From assembly GCA_051294375.1 (NCBI GenBank), contig CM119266.1, positions 16,734,087 to 16,798,086 on the forward strand: a DNA stretch of 64,000 nucleotides. The letters run 5' to 3'. Shown here in pieces: positions 38,155-50,050 of the stretch. The notes below the pieces were generated by a model, which did not search any database, was not told where the DNA came from, and worked only from the letters and a program-made list of their open reading frames with translations. Both the position numbers and the translations under genes were made by a program. The stretch is from Paraspadella gotoi (lineage: Eukaryota; Animalia; Chaetognatha). Numbering within the stretch: position 1 is the stretch's first letter; every line of letters begins with the position of its first letter.

Positions 38155-40676
38155 GAGACGGAAAAAAAAGGGAGGAAAAAGGAAGAAAATGGAAAAAAAA
38201 CTGGAACTGAAACGGAAGTCAAATTGAAAATAAGCTGGAGCGAGTTGGATTGTTCCCAAGTTATGGCTCGAAATGGGTACCGCCGAGGAGTATGGAATAG
38301 GGAGGGAAAGGAGTGGAAGTGAGACAGTTAGAGAGCGAGAGAGAAAGATTGAGAGACTCAAAAGTAAAAAAAAAGAAAATAACGAAAAGAAAATATGGGA
38401 ACTTATAAATTTTTTAAGTTGGTTTCGAAGGAAACTTTCCGTTTTTTTTTTTCAAGACTTGGTTTTCAGAAATCCTTTCTATTTTTTTCCCTCTCAAAAT
38501 GTTTTTTTTTTTTCGTTCGCGTAATTAATGAGATTGAATGGAAAGAGAGAGAGAGAGAGAGAGAGTGAGCGACAGAGACGGAGAAGTAAAGAAGAAACAA
38601 GGACACCAGCCATGTACTTCTCTTTCTCCTCGTAAAAAAAATGGGGAATTGTTTTCTTTTTCCTTTTTTTGTCGCCGAGGTTCATTTCCGGTTTTATTTT
38701 CCTCTTTAGTCTTTCGTTTCTTCTTTTTGCTTTCTCTTTTTCGCGCAATAAAATTCGCAGCGCGCATTGAGGAGAAAAAACGAGGCGTGGGAGTATCGAG
38801 AGCGAATTTAATTCCTGGCGGTCAGGATTCGGATGCCATTTTTTTTTTCATTTTTAAAAAGGATTTTACTAATCTTGGTCGCAAAAATTGCAATTCCGTT
38901 AATTGGTTTGCTTGCCAAGATTTAATAATTAAAAAAATTTAATTCGAAAAGATATACTTTAAAGATAAACTCTGTTTAGTTCATCCGCCTTATTCATAGG
39001 AGCGTCAGAGGCACCCCAAATAGATTCGCCCACCCGACGATAAACTTGGTGCGTAAAACCCCCGTCATCAACTTCCCCGTAAACCCCCCAAGCCAATCCA
39101 AAATCTCCAGTCCTCCATATACTCTACCAACTTTCAAATTTTCTTCTACAATCTTCATACATATTCCTGGACGACTTGTTCTCCACATACTTACATTTGA
39201 CTACATTCCAGCATTCCCTCATTCATAACTTATTAATAATACTTCCCTTATTAACCTCCTCCGTTTCTTGAAACAGTAACTCGTAGGTCTTCTCCAAATC
39301 CTCTGTTATTTTTTCATGTTTTGGCATCCATCGCTCCCATTCATAACAAAACGTCGAATCCGACGCCCACCGCATCCTAAACTTCCGTCGAAAAACCTCT
39401 CCTCATCTCTCTCTTTTAAAGAGGACGGAAAAAAAAGGAGGAAAAAGGAAGAAAATGGAAAAAAACTGGAACTGAAACGGAAGTCAAATGAAAATAAGCT
39501 GGAGCGAGTTGGATTGTTCCCAAGTTATGGCTCGAATGGGTACCGCCGAGGAGTATGGAATAGGGAGGGGAAGGAGTGGAAGTGAGACAGTTAGAGAGCG
39601 AGAGAGAAAGATTGAGAGACTCAAAAGTAAAAAAAAAGAAAATAACGAAAAGAAAATATGGGAACTTACTAAATTTTTTAAGTTGGTTTCGAAGGAAACT
39701 TTCCGTTTTTTTTTTCAAGACTTGGTTTTCAGAAATCCTTTCTATTTTTTTTCCCTCTCAAAATGTTTTTTTTTTTTTTCGTTCGCGTAATTAATGAGAT
39801 TGAATGAAAGAGAGAGAGAGAGAGAGAGAGTGAGCGACAGAGACGGAGAAAGTAAAGAAACAAGGACACCAGCCATGTACTTCTTTTCTCCTCGTAAAAA
39901 AAATGGGGAATTGTTTTCTTTTTTCCTTTTTTTGTCGCCGAGGTTTCATTTCCGGTTTTATTTTCCTCTTTAGTCTTTCGTTTCTTCTTTTGCTTTCTCT
40001 TTTTCGCGCAATAAAATTCGCAGCGCGCATTGAGGAGAAAAAACGAGCGTGGGAGTATCGAGAGCGAATTTAATTCCTGGCGGTCAGGATTCGTATGCCA
40101 TTTTTTTTTTCATTTTTAAAAGGATTTTACTAATCTTGGTCGCAAAAATTGCAATTCCGTTAATTGGTTTGCTTGCCAAGATTTAATAATTAAAAAAATT
40201 TAATTCGAAAAGATATACTTTAAAGATAAACTCTGTTTAGTTCATCCGCCTTATTCATAGCGAGCGTCAGAGGCACCCCAAATAGATTCGCCCACCCGAC
40301 GATAAACTTGGTGCGTAAAACCCCCGTCATCAACTTCCCCGTAAACCGCCCCAAGCCAATCCAAAATCTCCAAGTCCCTCCATATACTCTACCAACTTTT
40401 CAAATTTTCTTCTACAATCTTCATACATATTCCTGGACGACTTGTTCTCCACATACTTGACATTTGACTACATTCCAGCATTCCCTCATTCATAACTTAT
40501 TAATAATACTTCCCTTATTACCTCTTCCGTTCGCTGAAACAGTAACTCGTAGGTCTTCTCCAAATCCTCTGTGTATTTTTTCATGTTTTGGCATCCATCG
40601 CTCCCATTCATAACAAAACGTCGAATCCGACCGCCGGCAGCCGCTCCTAAACTTCCGTCGAAAAACCCTCTCCTCA
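38155..40676. repeat. Tandem duplication, two copies of ~1.27 kb (~38155-39406 and ~39421-40676)
   Basis: Both copies start GACGGAAAAAAAAGG(G)AGGAAAAAGGAAG and end AAACTTCCGTCGAAAAAC(C)CTCTCCTCA; differences are mostly 1-bp indels. Confidence 0.95.
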
Positions 40677-41151
40677 CTCTCCCGCCCCCGCTGCCCCCCC
40701 CGCTTGCCCCCCCCCTCCTTCGCCTCCTTTTGCCCAAGAAGCGAAAATATTTCTTAGTCGCGGTTGCGCGCCTCTTTTGTGACTCCTCGGCAAAACAAAG
40801 GAAAATGGCGTCGGGTGGGGGAAAAAAAAAACTGGGGAGAAAATGAGAACAAATAATAACAAAGAAAAACGGTGGGAAGAGGGATAGAAAAAGAAGGATA
40901 CAAAAAAGAGATTAGATGAAAACATATTAAAACATCAACTATGTATCATATACGTAACGTATCTATGTATGCAAGATTGTAGAACAAAGTGAAAATAAGA
41001 CGACGAGAAGGATGAAAGAAAAGTTGGCGGACATAGAGGATCAAAAAGACCATAAAGAAAAAAAAATGGTTTTCGCCTTCCGTGCATAAAAATATAAAAC
41101 AGGGTGATTCACCGTTCAAGCGGAAAGATCGAGACGGGAAGGGTAGAGGCG

Positions 41152-41230
<79 letters not shown>

Positions 41231-42443
41231 GTCTCTATTATCATGGACAGACGACGCGAGGCTGTGGAGACTGGGCAAAGCGTGAAGACGAGATTATTTT
41301 CCGAGTTCGCGCGACGAGGAAATGACGCCCCGAATGATGCGGATATGACGCGGATATAACGCCGTCGTAAAGCCTGGATGACGGCGTCGAAACCCTTCGT
41401 AAACGGCGTCCATCGGGAGCGAAGAAGCCAAATTTACTAGACGCGCCCGTTTTATTGTCGGCGTCGCAATGCGGATTGCGCTGAAGGGACCGACGCCTAC
41501 TTTCTCAAATATGTTATCATTTTAAAAAGCAAAACGTATCATTTATTTTGATACAGGGTGATGCAGATAGAATATAATTTCACTTCGTGTGTTCGGAGAC
41601 GTTTGAATTTAAATAAAGAAAAAAATAAAGAAGAAGATACGAGTTGGTTTTATGGTTTTTCGGCTCTCGCGCCCGAATCGCATCCGAGATTCACGCTTCA
41701 CAGAAAAACAACATTGGCGTGATACTCAAAGCACCATGAGAGTAAATGTAGCTTGCGTTCTCAGCTGTGCACTTGGTGACCTCATAGGCCGCCACGCCCT
41801 TTTGTCGAAAGTGACGTTTTTTTTCTCTCTCTTTCTCTCCCACTACCTTTATCCATAAAGATTACTTATTTTTTTCTTTTCCAAGTATCACCGATATCTT
41901 AAATGTTGAAACGGTTGACTTTCGCCCATATCAAGTAGTAGAGTCAGTTTGCGTTCGGGTTAACCTTTTATTGGATAAGTATTATTATAATAATAGATTT
42001 ATTAATTACAAACACTTTTTTAAATAAAACTCTTTCAAAAAAAGTTAGGTAGATATCAATTTGAATTAAAATCGGAATAATTTTTTTAGTCGAGATGGAA
42101 AAAGTCTATTTTATAGTTCTCAGCTACCTTCGATTTGATGGTGTTTCCCCCGGTCTTCATCCATTGAGTGATTGACCTTAACATTTTTGACCTCACTGGC
42201 CTTTCCATCGTGCGCTCTCTCCTTTGCTCTCTTCTCTCTATCACACGCAAGCCCCCACACTCCGAATTTCCCCGCCAAAGCCGCGACCTCTTCCACTTAG
42301 TTTCCAATTTCTGCCGACAGAGGCGCATGTGGCGTCGAGTCTCGTTTTCCCATTCGACTATAAGGCTTTTAATACGAAATTGTCAGCTTCATAATCCCCC
42401 CCATTCGGTTTTTAGGAACTTCCCGACTTCTCATCCTTGGGCG

Positions 42444-42556
<113 letters not shown>

Positions 42557-43518
42557 TTTTTTCTCTACTTTTTGATCTCATCGATGGAAAAGATTGAGAA
42601 AAACGAGGCAAGTAGTCATGGGTTGAAAGATATTGAGGGAGAATTTCTACATTAAGTGGAAACTTCTTTAACCAGTTCACTCATTAAAACCCGTTTCTGG
42701 GTTCGTTTCTTGTTTGTTTTTTGTTGTTTTTTTTTGCTATTTCAAAATTTCATATCATTGATAAACAACATTTCCAAAAAAAAAATTCTTCCAAAGACAT
42801 CGACATTCTAAGAGCGGGTTCACTCAAATATATCGTAGTAACTAGTATGTAATATTTAGACGGCGTTGCCGGCTTGTCGGGAGCCCGAGGTTTTTCGGGA
42901 AAACCGAGACATGGATTTAAATCGAAGGGAATTTTCAACTACGCGAATTTCTCGAGTCCATCGCGTGGAAGATTTCCCTCGGGAGTTTTCGAGTTGAGCG
43001 AATCACCTTGACTTGAGGAAAGAGGATGGATCTCTTTTTAAGAAAGTCTGGTAATCGAAGAAGAATGAGAAGATTGTTTGTGGACATGATTCACGATTCA
43101 GGATTTACTTTGTTTTCCATTTGTTCGGGAACATTTACGCGCAATGGGTTTGAGTCAGCCAGTCGGAGGCCAGTATAGACAGTTGCCTACAATAGTCCAA
43201 ACCATTTTGCCATCAAGAATTCTGTGGGCTCACAACCCGAACGTCACTGTGACACAGGCAATTTAGAGGCGCAACGACAAGGCGGCTCTTCCATAAATGA
43301 ACCTGTCATCCGTTGCTTACCGTTGTTAAAATTATTTTACTTACTAAGGTTTAGACTTTTTCCCCAACTTTTATTTCTTTCCTCTTCAACTCTTTGCATT
43401 GAATATTCATGTTATTTGCCTTCTTTTTTGTGATCCTATATTTACATACTTGATTTCTGCGCTTCTTAGTTTCTCCTTGAGTCGTTCATTATCGAAAATT
43501 CCGTCGTTTATAATTTAC

Positions 43519-43604
<86 letters not shown>

Positions 43605-44480
43605 ATCTCTCTAGTAACTACATTCAACTGAGGACAGTACACATAACGTCGACGCCAAAAAATAAACGTTGCTTCGATTTAACGACTCCAACGCCACCGA
43701 AACGAAGTCGACGACCAAGACGACGATGATCCCATCGGCGCCGTTCAGTGCCGAGGGCGCCATCAAAAATCCACCATCAGCAGATTTCGTTCCACCAAAA
43801 CGAGAAAAAAAAATCCTCCGATCCAAAATTTTTGAGTCGGGAAAATGGAGAGAAAAGATGGATCGAGGAAAAAAAGGGGGCAAAAAATTGGGGTTTAAAT
43901 TTACGAATCCCACTCTTTGTCGCTAATGGTTGTAAAAAAAGTATAATTTGTATTCTTGTACGCTTCTTGGAGGTAGGGGAAGGAAAAACTTAAGTCGAGT
44001 TAAGGAACGGAGAGAAACAAAAAAGGAAAAGGAGGAAAAGAAAAAAAGTTGTCAGAAAAAAAAAACGGAAAAGAAAAGAAAAAAGGAGAAAGAAAAGAAA
44101 AATAAGGTAGAAAAAAGACAAAAGCGAAAAGAAAAGAAAAAGAGCGAAAAGAAAATAAAAAGAGAAAAGAAAAGAAAGAAGGTAAAACAATTAAAAAAGA
44201 ATAGAGAAGGAAAAATAAAAAAAATAAAAAAAAAGGAAAAAAAAGAAGAAAAACAGGAAAAGAAAAGAAAACTAGCATCGGTCTTAGTGACTTTTCTTTT
44301 TGACGCGTGAAAAAAAGTTGGGCAACTTTCGTTTCGGATAAGACTCGCTGGTTTTCAAGCGATGGGAAACCAAGTGTCGACTGTTGAGAAAAGTTACTCG
44401 TAAAAACAGCCATCTTTCTTTAGATCCATAGGCTTGTTGTTGTTGTTTTTTTTTTTTTTAATAAACGCTGGAAATCAGAG

Positions 44481-45132
44481 ATGGGGCTAATGTACATCGC
44501 TGCTTTGGTGGCCGTGGTTCTTTTAGACGTCGTCGTCGGCGTCGGCGTCGGGGGTCTCGCCTGTTTTTCGGGGAAACCGGGAGAGGCGCTCAAGGCGGAA
44601 GTTTGCGGACGAAGAGCTCGCGGATGCTCCGTCGATCATCACAAGTAAGGGGTTCATTAACGGGGTTAAGAATGATATTAGAACTCTTTTAGGGCTTCTG
44701 TTTCATTGCTCTTTTGTTTAATTCTTGTTCGATCGGAGTTATACCGCGATAGTCTAAATTAATTTTAAAATATCCCATTAATCTTTTCACCGCATACCAC
44801 GTCTAAATTCCCCACTCCAACACTCTCGACGCAGCGTATCGTTCGGCTGCAGCGACGACTGTTTCTCGATTCCCGAGCGGCGCTGCTGCTGCGACTGGGA
44901 CGGATGCAACATCGACTTTTCGCGCTGCGTTTCGGGGCCGACGAGAGCTGTGAAGCCAAAACCGGATCATCTCGACAGCGAGTTGAGCGACGACTATCTC
45001 GTCTTCTACGTCGCCTTTGCCTTCCCCGTCATTGCTGTCGGCTCCGTCATTCTCTTTATCGCCCTGTTCGTAGGCTTCGGCGCCGGATGCGCTATGGTCG
45101 CCCTTTCATTGAATGGACGTAGACTTCGTTAA
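44481..45132 (+). CDS. Single-pass membrane protein with three-finger (Ly6/uPAR / TGF-beta receptor ectodomain-like) domain, 153 aa, 2 exons: 44481-44644 and 44835-45132
   Basis: MGLMYIAALVAVVLLDVVVGVGVGG-LACFSG..EVC..RGCSVDHH|NVSFGCSDDCFSIPERRCCCDWDGCNIDFSRC..DDYLVFYVAFAFPVIAVGSVILFIALFVGFGAGCAMVALSLNGRRLR*. Phase-2 AA|GTAAGG...GCAG|C intron. Ten extracellular Cys including a CCxxxxCN box. Confidence 0.85.
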
Positions 45133-45155
45133 TAAAGACAAAGGGGATAGACTCA

Positions 45156-45210
<55 letters not shown>

Positions 45211-47881
45211 GTCTCTATTATCATGGACAGACGACGCGAGGCTGTGGAGACTGGGCAAAGCGTGAAGACGTGTTATTCCATACAGATCTCTTATATAGGA
45301 CTCAAAACAAAATCAAGAGAGATTCGCTTGAACTGCAATTATTTTTAATTTTATACTTAGAGAAAGATCATATTGTTTAGGAACTATTCCGGTCAAACTA
45401 CATAAAACCTTGAATTCCTTCTCATTCTCGAATCTCCAAATGTTAAATTCTATTTTTAAAGTTTCAGGAAAGAATTTCAATTTGAATTCGGTGCGCTGTT
45501 TATTGATGCGGAGAAAAAGACAGGGAAATAGATTTTTGAGATTCAAGTGAGCGGTGAAAGTAGAGCGAGATGAAAAGCGTGGGGACTTCATGACAACTTA
45601 TTATGAAGATAGAACTCGTGATGATTGGCGGAAAGACGCGAAGATTTCTTTCTTTTTTTTTAAATACTAAGTGTTAAGAAAAATAGCGCGAGGAAGGAAA
45701 GAGAGAATGAGCGAGAGAGAGAAAAATATAAACCAAACGACATGGGAGGGAAAACGTAAACATTTACAACACCAATAAGCGAGGAAACGAGCTTGCTTGC
45801 TTGCCTGCTTGCTCCCTTTCCTTCTTTTTCGTTTTTAAACTTTTCTCTTGTTCATAACCTCTTTACTTTATTATTTTTTTCTGTTTAACAGATATTCTCA
45901 TACTACGTAGTTATTCTAATTATTTACATTAGCCCAAACGAATCGAGTCTATTTTCCTGCGCGAGTCACTTCTAATGTTTTCGAAAAAAAACTTTTCGTT
46001 TGGAGCCGAAAAGATGACGAAGACGACGGCGACCAAAAAGACGACGGCGACGGCGACGACGACGGCGACAACGTCGCTTTTTTGGCGTATTTTTTTTTTT
46101 TCGCCGCTCATTTCGCATGCGAATGTCACTCGAGGGAAACGGAAAGGCAAAAATGGCGCTCGTTCTCGTCACTAGAGACGTCGTCGCCACCGGCGTCGTT
46201 GTGGACCAAATATTTTCACTCTTTGGTAGAAGAGAGAAAAAAAAAACATTTCGATATCTTCTCCCATCGATTACAAAGTTCGATTCAGACGTGAGAATGA
46301 ATCCTAATTCGAATTGTGATCCAACCGTCCGTCGTCGCCACGTGGGAATCCATTCGAAAGAAAGACGTAAAAAAAATATCAGGAAGAAGCAAAATTAATT
46401 GTTAATGAATAAATGAAATAATCAAGTAACGAATGAATTAGCGAATGAATGGATGAATGAAAGAATTAAACAATCAATTAATCAATCAATATAAAAAAAT
46501 ATTTTGAGGGGCTTCACCGAAGTAATTTTACTCTGTTTTGTTACCTCTCCTCACAGTTATTAGGTATTTAAATACTTTCTATCTTAAATTTTTTTTTCTC
46601 GTTATTAACCTGTTTAAAAAGAAAAATTGGGGCGCTTTCGTGTGAAATTACATTCCAGACTGAACTTTTTTTAATATGTATGTTTTTAAAGATAAAAAGG
46701 ATCATCGATAGAAAGTGACAAAAAACAAAATATTTCATTTAATATCACATTACTCGCACTCGTCGAAACTGGGAAAGTTTGGGAATTTTGGGTCATAAAA
46801 AAAAAAACCCCAGTTATTTAAATGAGGCGTGGCCGCTCGGATTTCACAATCTCAAGGGAGTGAGGGAAGAAGAGAGTGGGACGAAAAAAGAGAGCAAAAA
46901 GTGGTTTTTCCTTTTAAAGGTGGTTTAAACTTTAAATGGTTTTTCTTTCGTTTTTATTGCTGCAGTTGAAATCACAGAGAAAGAAAAAGTTTTCCAAAAA
47001 AAATGCCAAAGGTCAAAGTGCCACGGAACGAGAAGTTGCATAGCACATGCTCATAGTCTTAATATATAACATTTTTATATTGCGTTTTAACTGAACGAAA
47101 GATAAAATAATACTCAATTCTATCTTCTAAATTTTTAATAAAAACGATTTCAATATAAAGTTTTTTTAATCAATTGATTAAATCTCCATTGCTCCGGTTG
47201 GTTTCATATATTATCCGGGGAGAGCCCTCCCTTTGCCGTAAGCAATTTTTTAAGCATGATCACGTCAAGTTTTATTTAAAAAAAGTAAAAATCAAATACC
47301 AAGAGTTCTAAAATTGTCTCAATAGCCTTTGTTCGAACGAGACCTGTGTTCCGAGAGTGTTTCTTTCTTTGAACGTCCTCCCGTTTGAATTTCTCGTGTA
47401 AAGTTTGCCAATAAAGAAACACTTTTCTTTTGCACTTGGTATTTTTTAAATTGTTATGGATCTTGAAGCTTGGCTCGTTTAACTTATATTGACTTTGGGA
47501 ACGTTGAGGAAGACAGAAAAAAATATTTTTCACATTTAGATTTGGACAGTATGCAAGTTTTCCCTGCCTCATATTATACATGTTTATTTGTTCATAACAA
47601 ATACTTGAAACATGGGAAAATTGTATAATTTTACAATATAACAACGCATAAATAATAAATTAACAAATCAGAGAGAAAATAAAATCATCGAAAATCAAAT
47701 AGCGGTATGATTTTTAAAGGCTCATTTTTTAGTATCGCCTGTCATGTATATCACCGAATTAGGGCGACGGGCCCTCAGCACTTACCTCAAACCAGGGGAA
47801 CTCCGGTTTCGAACCTTAGATGAACAACAGGAAGGGTACGTTAGGCTAGTGGCGATATCACTGTCTGTCTGTGTCTGTATT

Positions 47882-47913
<32 letters not shown>

Positions 47914-49043
47914 TTTCTTCTCGAAATTTCAACGCCTCTCCTAATAAATATTCAGCTCAAACCGTATTTTAAATTTATTCTAGTATTTCTTTGTTCATCT
48001 TAGTGTTCGGTCCGTCCTACCTCAGTGACAATAACTGTTCCACGGATTGGAAGCACCCGCTAAGTCGTCCCGGCCACACCGGCCTCGTCTGTTAAGCGGC
48101 ACTTCGCCCCGCAATCAGTCGCTAAATGCAGATTCCACTTCTTCGCTCTCGTTCTCGCCGCCTCCAATAATTCGGACGAGTTTCTAGTTTCCTGCATAGA
48201 TGCCGGACAGATGGCGCGGTCAGTCTTCCGGTTGCGTCATTCTTGGTTGACGGGGAGTGACGATGTTCTTAGGAAGAAACGAGTTAAAAATTAAATGAAT
48301 CTGGAGACTAAAAATTGTTACTAAACGTAATACGTATGACAAAAACATTTATTTCAAATAAACTTTTCGTTAGCACTTTTGACCACATTTTCACGAATGC
48401 CAATCAAACAAACAGTATTTTTCTGGGCTATTAATATCAGAGAGTTTCCGTTTTCAAATAAAATTGAATTTACTTCTTTTAATTCGTAGATTAAAACAAT
48501 TCAACCTGTGGTTCTCTTAGTATTAAAACAGATAGTGAATGAAGTAAAAGGCACTTGAAATTGCATCACCCGAAAGCCTTCGAAATGAAATGTAGTTTAA
48601 CCCATCAAATCCAGACTCAGAGTTTCGAAGGCAAAACAGCTGATTGTATTTCTTGCTCATATTAACACGAAAAACATAATCGAAGGGACAATTTCTTACT
48701 CTCAGTATGGAATATAGAAATAACATGTTTACATTTCTAATTCTGAAAATCAGACAAGGCTTCCAAATTCTTTTTTTTTTATTAAAATGGTTTTTGGGTC
48801 AGTTGGCAGACACTCTTGATCAAAGGCCGGCGTATTCAAATCGCTCGCCGGTTCGATCATCATCTGCTCACGAAGTTTAACCCTTAGATTTTCAGAGGAC
48901 CGCGGAATATATTACGTGGTTAAACCGAAACAAAAATTATAAGTTAATATTGCTACTAACGAAATCATTTTCTTTTTCTTTTTAACGATTAGTTATATTT
49001 GGAATATACACGCAAAACATGACTTTTAGTGTAACAAAATTTT

Positions 49044-49345
49044 TATTAGAAATTGGCAAAGTTTTTACTTTTTACAACGATTTTATTTTATTATAGAAAA
49101 GGACACGTTTTGTTGTTCAAGCCGAAAAGAGTAAAAAAAAAAAAAAGAATAAAAGAGTAAAAGTTTTTCAACACAGAGGTGAGATAGAACAGTGGTCAGT
49201 GGTGAGGTCAGGTTGAAGTTAGGGACAGATAGAGTAAGTTGTTAAAAGGAAGTGAAACCTGAGAGAGAGAGAGAGAGAGAGAGTAAATATACAACAGAGA
49301 TGTAAAAATCGTTGTAAAAAGTAAAAACTTTGACAATCTCTAATA
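49044..49345. mobile_element. MITE-like element with ~41-bp inverted repeats
   Basis: TATTAGAAATTGGCAAAGTTTTTACTTTTTACAACGATTTT (49044-49084) matches the reverse complement of 49305-49345 with 2 mismatches. Confidence 0.6.
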
Positions 49346-49931
49346 CAATTAAAAACAATGAAAAAAAAGAAAGGAATATACAGTTATACACCATGTCTAA
49401 CAAAATTTTTAAAATAAAATTTATAGATAAATTAATCTACTTTGAGAATTAAATATAGCAATATATGTTTGATTAAAAATAAGATTAAATACTAAATCCT
49501 TCATAAAATATAAAAATAGAAAATAGTGAAACAAGTAATTTGCAAATTTTCATATGATTAATTAATTATGAAAATCTTATGTGCAGCTCAATTAATATAA
49601 TCTTTGTCTTCGTCCTCTGACCAGATTATCCAAGAGATGAATAAAATCTAGAAAATCGAGATTGTTTCAAAACCTTTTTTGCTCGACGGATCAAAACATT
49701 TTTTTCTGCGAACGTGAGATTTATATTGAACAATATGACAGGGCAAGCACTACAACACATGTCGCAACAAGAATGCACGTAAGTTTATATTTTTTACGCA
49801 GTATTTGTATCATATTTTTAAGTATTATCCATATCAGTATACATCAGTATACATTGAAATCCTTTAAACTGAATGCTTTGAGTAACTCTTCAAACGAGAG
49901 TTTGTAACAGCCTTGGGAGCTCAAATTATAG

Positions 49932-50050
49932 TTAATGATAATAATAATAATATTTATAATAATCTTAATAATAATCTTAATAATAATATTAATAATAATA
50001 TTAATAATAATATTAATAATAATAATAATAATAATAATTAATAATAATTA
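49932..50050. repeat. Degenerate (AAT)n microsatellite
   Basis: Directly visible. Confidence 0.9.

Noticed and set aside
40455-40490. In-frame TGA/TAG as evidence of stop-codon reassignment
   Set aside because: Well-supported genes here read normally in the standard code and end in TAA or TGA; decay or sequence error is simpler.
43948-44413. Lys/Glu-rich and Phe-rich ORFs
   Set aside because: A-rich polypurine low-complexity DNA; same for 33364-33862.
47786-48176. RIIGG and EFPW peptides suggesting a trypsin-like protease (minus strand)
   Set aside because: The RIIGG frame stops quickly, phases do not join, and no TAAHC or GDSGGP motifs are seen.
49495-49552. ~58-bp sequence repeated at 53150-53207
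   Set aside because: A real repeat fragment, but AT-rich and without termini, so it cannot be classified.
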